A DNA stretch of 32,000 nucleotides from an archaeon (GTDB lineage Archaea > Iainarchaeota > Iainarchaeia > Iainarchaeales > JANQMZ01). The stretch's first letter is position 1, and the number at the start of each line of letters is the position of its first letter. The DNA lies in the NCBI GenBank assembly GCA_028279805.1, contig JANQMZ010000007.1, forward strand, positions 1-32,000, written 5' to 3'. The notes under the pieces were generated by a model that saw nothing but the letters and a program-made list of their open reading frames with translations, did not search any database and had not been told where the DNA came from. Made by a program: the position numbers and the translations under genes. Shown piece by piece: positions 27,025-32,000 of the stretch.

Positions 27025-27585
27025 ATGAAAAACTATAATTTGCTTTTGGAGAAAATGCTTTTGGTTAAAGAATTTTTTCAGAAAGATGATGATTTTAAAT
27101 TAAAACAATTGGCCAATGAAACAATTAAGCCGTCTGTCCTTTATAATGACAAAATTCTGGTTAAAATTCCTTTAATTGCTTATTCGTTAAGCAAACTCTT
27201 GTCAAAAGATTATATTGTTTCATCTGATTCCTGGTCTGAAGCTAAAAAATCTTTAATTAATTCAATTGAAAAGTCAGTTGTTTTTTTGAAAAAAAAAGAT
27301 GAGAAAAGTTTTAAAAAATCTTTAAATTCTGTTTCTGATGAATTAAGAAAAGTTGATTTTGAAACAGGTCGTTTTATGCAAAGCGTTTTTGACAAAGCTA
27401 AAATGAAATATGCTTCAACAGCTTATTATTTCGGAATGTCTTTATCACAGGCTGCTTTTTTAACAGGCGCTGATAAAATTCATTTGCAGAATTATATCGG
27501 AAAAACAAGGCAGCATGAAGATGAAATTGATTTTTCGGGAATAAAAAAAAGGCTTTATAATTTAAAGCAGGTGGTAAATGAGTGA
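27025..27585 (+). CDS. Uncharacterised protein with possible HTH-like C-terminal segment, partner of the PIN-like gene
   Basis: Segment MSLSQAAFLTGADKIHLQNYIGKTR has a helix-turn-helix-like pattern; 4-bp overlap with the next gene. Confidence 0.5.
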   Translation: MKNYNLLLEKMLLVKEFFQKDDDFKLKQLANETIKPSVLYNDKILVKIPLIAYSLSKLLSKDYIVSSDSWSEAKKSLINSIEKSVVFLKKKDEKSFKKSLNSVSDELRKVDFETGRFMQSVFDKAKMKYASTAYYFGMSLSQAAFLTGADKIHLQNYIGKTRQHEDEIDFSGIKKRLYNLKQVVNE

Positions 27586-28271
27586 AACAAATAATAATTG
27601 ATTCAAGTTCTTTGATTTCTTTATCTGAAACCTGTTTGTTAAAAATTCTGGAAAGATTGAAAAAAAATTCAAATGTTGATTTTATTATTTCAAAAAGTGT
27701 TTTTGACGAATCTGTTGAAAAGCCCATGCATATTAAAAGATTTGAGTTAAATGCTGTTAGAATAAAAAATGCAATTGGCAACGGCTGGATTTCCGTGCAC
27801 CAGCCTGATAAAATTTGCACTGAACACTCTTTAGAGCTTGAAAGAATAGCTAATTCTGTGTTTAATCATGCCGGAAAAAATGTCACAATTTTGCACAGAG
27901 GGGAGTTAGATTCAATAGTTCTTTTAAAGGAGCTTAACTCTAAAATTCTGGTAATAGATGAAAGGATTACAAGAATGCTTTTGGAGGAACCTGAGGAATT
28001 GAGAAAAATGCTTCAAAGAAGACAGCATAGGAAAATTGAAATAAATAATGAAGCTTTAAAAGAACTTCATGATTTTTTGCCTGAACATTTTATTGTGCGT
28101 TCAAGTGAATTGGCAGCATGGGCTTTTGATGAAAAAAATTTAATGGACGGAAATTCAAAACAAACACTTGAAGCTGCTTTGTATGCTTTAAAATACAAGG
28201 GTTGCGCCATATCCAATCTGGAAATAAGAAAATATTTAAGAGGGGTTAAAAGTGGAATTCAAACCAGCTGA
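27582..28271 (+). CDS. PIN-like domain protein
   Basis: IIIDSSSLISLSE at N-terminus and RGELDSIVLLKELNSKILVIDERITRMLLE match the acidic-residue layout of PIN-like nucleases. Confidence 0.65.
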   Translation: MKQIIIDSSSLISLSETCLLKILERLKKNSNVDFIISKSVFDESVEKPMHIKRFELNAVRIKNAIGNGWISVHQPDKICTEHSLELERIANSVFNHAGKNVTILHRGELDSIVLLKELNSKILVIDERITRMLLEEPEELRKMLQRRQHRKIEINNEALKELHDFLPEHFIVRSSELAAWAFDEKNLMDGNSKQTLEAALYALKYKGCAISNLEIRKYLRGVKSGIQTS

Positions 28272-28713
28272 AAAAAAGCACACTGCAAAAATTTTATCAT
28301 TGATTGAAAAAGAATTTCCAAACCTGCAGTTTACAGAACAGGATATTAACAACAAAATAGATTCGGAATCATATTTTCTTTTTGTATTGTTAAAAAAAGA
28401 AGAAATTACAGGATTTGTTGAAATTGTTTTAATTGAAGACGGAGTGTCAAGAATTAATGCTTTAATAATTGATTCTGCACATAAAGGACAAAAACTGGGA
28501 AAAGAACTTTTGCAAAAAACAATTGAATTTTTAAAAGAAAAAAAAATGGTAAGAATCAAAATTTTGGTTGACCAGAATAATGAAACCGCAAAAAATCTTT
28601 ACCAGTCAATGGGTTTTGAATTTGTTTCACTTTACCAGCTGGATCAAACCGGTCAAACAGTTGAAGAATTGGAATTAGATCTGGATACTGAAACTCCGAG
28701 TTATGTTGGCTAA
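28252..28713 (+). CDS. GNAT acetyltransferase
   Basis: VSRINALIIDSAHKGQKLGKELLQKTIEFLKEKKMVRIKILVDQNNETAKNLYQSMGFEFVSLY. Confidence 0.85.
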   Translation: MEFKPAEKKHTAKILSLIEKEFPNLQFTEQDINNKIDSESYFLFVLLKKEEITGFVEIVLIEDGVSRINALIIDSAHKGQKLGKELLQKTIEFLKEKKMVRIKILVDQNNETAKNLYQSMGFEFVSLYQLDQTGQTVEELELDLDTETPSYVG

Positions 28714-30152
28714 TAACTTTTTGCAAAAAAACTTTTTCTTTCAGCTTTACTTTCACAATAACCGCATTTTCCCTGTGATTCTTTCTGGTTAAAAGGAATA
28801 ACCCTGTTTGTCGCACCTGTTTCTTCCTTGATTTTTTTTTCACATTTTTCATCTTCGCAGAAAAAACAATGCACCATTTTTCCGTTTTTAATTGCTTTCT
28901 GGAAATCCGAAGAATTTGCAGCTTCAGCAACATTTTTGTCCAAGAATTTGTGTGCTTTTTTATACAGTTCTTTTTGCATCTGCTCCAATTCCCTGTCAAG
29001 AGTTTTTTCCAGTTCTTTTATTTTAACCTGCTTTTTTTCACCAGTATCACGCCTTACAACCATTACAGCCTCTTTTTCCATGTCTTTCGGCCCTATTTCT
29101 ATTCTAACCGGGATTCCTTTTAACTCCCATTCATTAAATTTCCATCCTGCTGAATATTCTTCCCTGTCGTCCAGCAGGGGATTAAATTTTTTCAGTTTTT
29201 TTTCAAGCTCTTTTGCTTTTTTTACAATTTTTGTCTTTGAATCTTCAAAAATAATGGGAACAATTACAATTTTGTTAAAAGCAATCTTTGGAGGCAGCAC
29301 CAATCCCTTGTCATCTCCGTGCATCATTATAACCGCGCCAATTAATCTTGTGCTGATGCCCCAGCTTGTCTGCCATGCAAATTTTTCCTCACTTTTTTCA
29401 TTTAAAAATTTTATTTCAAACGCTTTTGAAAAATTCTGGCCCAAAAAATGTGATGTTCCTAACTGCAATGCCTTTCCGTCAGGCATTAACGTTTCAACTG
29501 CTGTTGTTGTATCCGCTCCTGCAAATTTTTCAGCATTTGTTTTCATTCCGCTTATTATGGGCAAAGCCAGATAATTTTTCATCAAATCTTCATATTCTTT
29601 TAAAATATTCAAAGTTTCATTCCATGCTTCTTTTTTTGTTTCATGAACAGTGTGTCCTTCCTGCCATAAAAACTCACGTGTTCTCAGAAAAGGTTTTGGG
29701 TGTTTGAATTCCCATCTTACAATGTTGCACCATTGATTCAGTAATAATGGCAAATCTCTGTGTGACCTGATCCATTTTGAAAAACTTTCATACATTATTG
29801 ATTCTGATGTGGGCCTTAATGCCAGTCTTTCATTCAGTTTTGTTTCACCTGTTTGTGTTACCCATGCAACTTCCGGACTAAAACCCTGAATATGTTCTTT
29901 TTCTTTTTCCAATAATTTTTCAGGAATTAACATGGGAAAATAAGCATTTTTGTGCCCTGTTTTTTTTATTTTTTTATCAAAAATTTGTTTTATCTGCTCC
30001 CATACCTGAAAAGCATTAGGCCTTAAAACAATGCATCCTGAAACGCTTGAATGTTCCGCCAATTCGGCTTTTTGTATTATTTGTGAATACCATTCGGAAA
30101 AATCTTTTTCTTTTTTAACAGTCAATCCCTGCATTTCCTCTTTTTTAGCCAT
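28710..30152 (-). CDS. proS: Prolyl-tRNA synthetase, archaeal/eukaryotic-type
   Basis: YFPMLIPEKLLEKEKEHIQGFSPEVAWVTQTG, LALRPTSESIMYESFSKWIRSHRDLPLLLNQWCNIVRWE, TREFLWQEGHTVH, C-terminal Cys/zinc motif. Confidence 0.95.
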   Translation of the reverse strand: MAKKEEMQGLTVKKEKDFSEWYSQIIQKAELAEHSSVSGCIVLRPNAFQVWEQIKQIFDKKIKKTGHKNAYFPMLIPEKLLEKEKEHIQGFSPEVAWVTQTGETKLNERLALRPTSESIMYESFSKWIRSHRDLPLLLNQWCNIVRWEFKHPKPFLRTREFLWQEGHTVHETKKEAWNETLNILKEYEDLMKNYLALPIISGMKTNAEKFAGADTTTAVETLMPDGKALQLGTSHFLGQNFSKAFEIKFLNEKSEEKFAWQTSWGISTRLIGAVIMMHGDDKGLVLPPKIAFNKIVIVPIIFEDSKTKIVKKAKELEKKLKKFNPLLDDREEYSAGWKFNEWELKGIPVRIEIGPKDMEKEAVMVVRRDTGEKKQVKIKELEKTLDRELEQMQKELYKKAHKFLDKNVAEAANSSDFQKAIKNGKMVHCFFCEDEKCEKKIKEETGATNRVIPFNQKESQGKCGYCESKAERKSFFAKSY

Positions 30153-30206
30153 ATTATTACCAATACATTCTCTTGCTTTTAATTCATGTGCTATCTTTAG
30201 ACAGCA

Positions 30207-30222
30207 ATTATGGGCCCATAAT
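30207..30222. repeat. Perfect 16-bp palindrome between tRNA-Pro and proS
   Basis: ATTATGGGCCCATAAT is its own reverse complement. Confidence 0.9.
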
Positions 30223-30236
30223 CGCGGCCAGGCGAG

Positions 30237-30311
30237 TGGGGCTACCGAGATTCGAACTCGGGTCCTAAGCTCCCAAAGCTCAAATGCTAGACCTGACTAC
30301 ACCATAGCCCC
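30237..30311 (-). tRNA. trnP: tRNA-Pro (UGG anticodon)
   Basis: Reverse strand GGGGCUAUGGUGUAGUCAGGUCUAGCAUUUGAGCUUUGGGAGCUUAGGACCCGAGUUCGAAUCUCGGUAGCCCCA folds with acceptor, D, anticodon (UGAGC-UUUGGGA-GCUUA) and T arms. Confidence 0.95.
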
Positions 30312-30328
30312 ATTCAGTACTAAAATTT

Positions 30329-30348
30329 GTTTAAATTTCTTTTTAAAC
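30329..30348. promoter_or_regulatory. AT-rich inverted element, possible divergent promoter for tRNA-Pro and the DNA ligase gene
   Basis: GTTTAAA-TTTCTT-TTTAAAC, a few tens of bases upstream of the tRNA 5' end. Confidence 0.35.
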
Positions 30349-30400
30349 TCTCTTTTTTTTGGCAAAAAGTGTTTTTAATAATTCTGACAATTAAAGTATA

Positions 30401-32000
30401 ATGCTTTTCAAACACTTGGCCCAGACGTTTAATTCTGTGGAGAATGCTTCTTCAAGGCTGGAAATGACTTCAATTATTTCCCAAATTTTTGAAAAAGCAT
30501 CTTCTGATGAAATTTCCCAGATTGTTTACTTGTTTCAGGGCAATCTCGGACCTGCTTTTCAGGAATTGGATTTTGGCTTGGGTGAAAAACTTGTAATTCA
30601 GTCTTTGTCAAAAATTTCAGGTTTTAGCGAAAAAGACATTAACACAGAATATTCAAAAAAAGGTGATTTGGGTTTGGTTACAGAAGAACTTGTTTCCAAA
30701 AAAAAGCAAAAATCTTTGTTTGTTGAAAATTTAACCGTTGAAAAAGTTTTTTCAAATTTTTTAAAACTTGCAAAAGTTTCAGGAACCGGTTCACAGGAAT
30801 TGAAAAAAAAACTGTTAGCTGAATTAATCAATTCAGCGCAAAAACTTGAAGCCCGTTATATTGTGAGAATGCCTCTGCAAACTTTGCGTCTGGGAATTGG
30901 TGATCCGACTTTGATGGACGCATTATCTTTAAATTATTTAAAACAATTCCGTTTAAAAGAAAAAACGCTTGAAGAAAATTTTAAAAAAAAGTTTAAAAAA
31001 GAGGAAGATATTTCAAGACAAATGCGCATGAAACTCAGGGAAAAAATTGAAACTGTTTACAACGTTCATCCTGACCTGGGTTTTATTGCATCTGAATTAA
31101 AACAGCATGGCCTTAAAGCTTTGCAAAAAATTTCAATTACTCCCGGAATTCCAATCCGCCCTACACTTGCTGAGCGTTTGACTACTCCGAAAGAAATTGT
31201 TGAAAAGATAGGAAAATGTTTTATTGAATGGAAATATGACGGTTTCAGGTTACAGGTTCATGTTGATAACGATGATGTTAAAATTTTTTCAAGAAAACAG
31301 GAAAACATGACTTCAATGTTTCCTGATTTGGTTAAAGCTGTTAAACAACATTTTAAAGCAAAAAAAGCCATTTTTGAAGGGGAAGCTCTGGCTATTGATT
31401 CAACCGGAAAATTTTTGCCTTTTCAGGTTACAATTCAGCGTAAAAGAAAATATGACATTGATGAAATGGTTAAAAAATTGCCGTTAAAATTTTTTGCTTT
31501 TGATATTCTTTTTTTAAACGGAAAAAATTTAATGAATTTAAATTTTAAGGAAAGAAGAAAAATTCTTTCAGATTCAATCAAAAAAAATGAAACTGTTTCT
31601 TTAACAAAAGGAATTGAAACCGATAAACCTGAAGAAATTGAATCCTTTTTTACAGAATCTTTGGAATTAGGATTGGAAGGAATAATTGCAAAAGATTTGA
31701 ATGCAGAATATGTTGTTGGCGCCAGAAAATTTTCATGGATTAAATTAAAAAAATCATATAAAAACGAGTCTTTTGACACTGTTGACCTTGTTATAATCGG
31801 TTTTTTTTCAGGAAAAGGGGCAAGATCCAAATTTGGCTTGGGCGGATTGCTTGTTGCATCCTATAACAAAGAAAATGATTTGTTTGAAAGCATTGCAAAA
31901 ATCGGCACAGGTTTTTCAGAAGAGCAATTAGCCGAATTTTTCAAAAAACTTTCCAAAAAAACACTTGACAAAAAGCATCCCCGCATTTTATCCGAATTAA
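30401..32000 (+). CDS. lig: ATP-dependent DNA ligase, 3' end beyond window (absent from the ORF track)
   Basis: Open frame from ATG 30401: MLFKHLAQTFNSVENASSRLEMTSIISQIF..., adenylation motif FIEWKYDGFRLQVHV, FEGEALAID, FFAFDILFLNG, LEGIIAKDL, WIKLKKSY. Confidence 0.93.
   Translation, partial: MLFKHLAQTFNSVENASSRLEMTSIISQIFEKASSDEISQIVYLFQGNLGPAFQELDFGLGEKLVIQSLSKISGFSEKDINTEYSKKGDLGLVTEELVSKKKQKSLFVENLTVEKVFSNFLKLAKVSGTGSQELKKKLLAELINSAQKLEARYIVRMPLQTLRLGIGDPTLMDALSLNYLKQFRLKEKTLEENFKKKFKKEEDISRQMRMKLREKIETVYNVHPDLGFIASELKQHGLKALQKISITPGIPIRPTLAERLTTPKEIVEKIGKCFIEWKYDGFRLQVHVDNDDVKIFSRKQENMTSMFPDLVKAVKQHFKAKKAIFEGEALAIDSTGKFLPFQVTIQRKRKYDIDEMVKKLPLKFFAFDILFLNGKNLMNLNFKERRKILSDSIKKNETVSLTKGIETDKPEEIESFFTESLELGLEGIIAKDLNAEYVVGARKFSWIKLKKSYKNESFDTVDLVIIGFFSGKGARSKFGLGGLLVASYNKENDLFESIAKIGTGFSEEQLAEFFKKLSKKTLDKKHPRILSEL

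Noticed and set aside
28828-29574. 248-aa plus-strand ORF inside proS
   Set aside because: Antisense to a clear prolyl-tRNA synthetase; Phe/Ser-rich shadow ORF with no family features.
30031-30378. 115-aa ORF spanning the proS 5' end and tRNA-Pro
   Set aside because: It reads across a confidently folded tRNA gene on the opposite strand.
1-32000. Search for CRISPR arrays, transposases, integrases, phage genes or recognisable defence operons
   Set aside because: None recognised; the window reads as ordinary chromosomal genes apart from the elements listed.

Overview
AT-rich archaeal chromosome segment, probably DPANN-like (inference). Evidence: archaeal-type RibC/RibH/RibB, a LysW-carrier biosynthesis operon, archaeal Ogg2, archaeal-style ProRS, an ATP-dependent DNA ligase, and a tRNA-Trp gene with a bulge-helix-bulge intron. 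Most of the window is dense housekeeping and metabolic genes. No CRISPR array, transposon or phage module was recognised. The strongest non-coding signals are: (1) an unannotated box C/D sRNA candidate at about 15043-15135, with near-perfect C/D'/C'/D boxes, two 12-nt guides, an upstream TATA-like element and a terminal U-run; (2) a 98-nt tRNA-Trp intron with a complete BHB motif and two box C/D-like modules, one of which places C34 under the D+5 rule; (3) a cluster of three back-to-back hairpins just downstream of that tRNA. The most unusual protein is at 19100-19963, with four 33-aa tandem helical repeats vaguely like mTERF repeats, translationally coupled to an agmatinase-family gene and an RNase HIII-like gene. 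Other points: a complete lysW-X-Y-Z-J-K set whose LysW is absent from the ORF track, a two-gene MetE locus with an MTHFR-like gene, a PIN-like gene coupled to a putative HTH-like partner, and tRNA-Pro(UGG) directly upstream of proS with a perfect 16-bp palindrome between them. I saw no clear new defence or mobile system.
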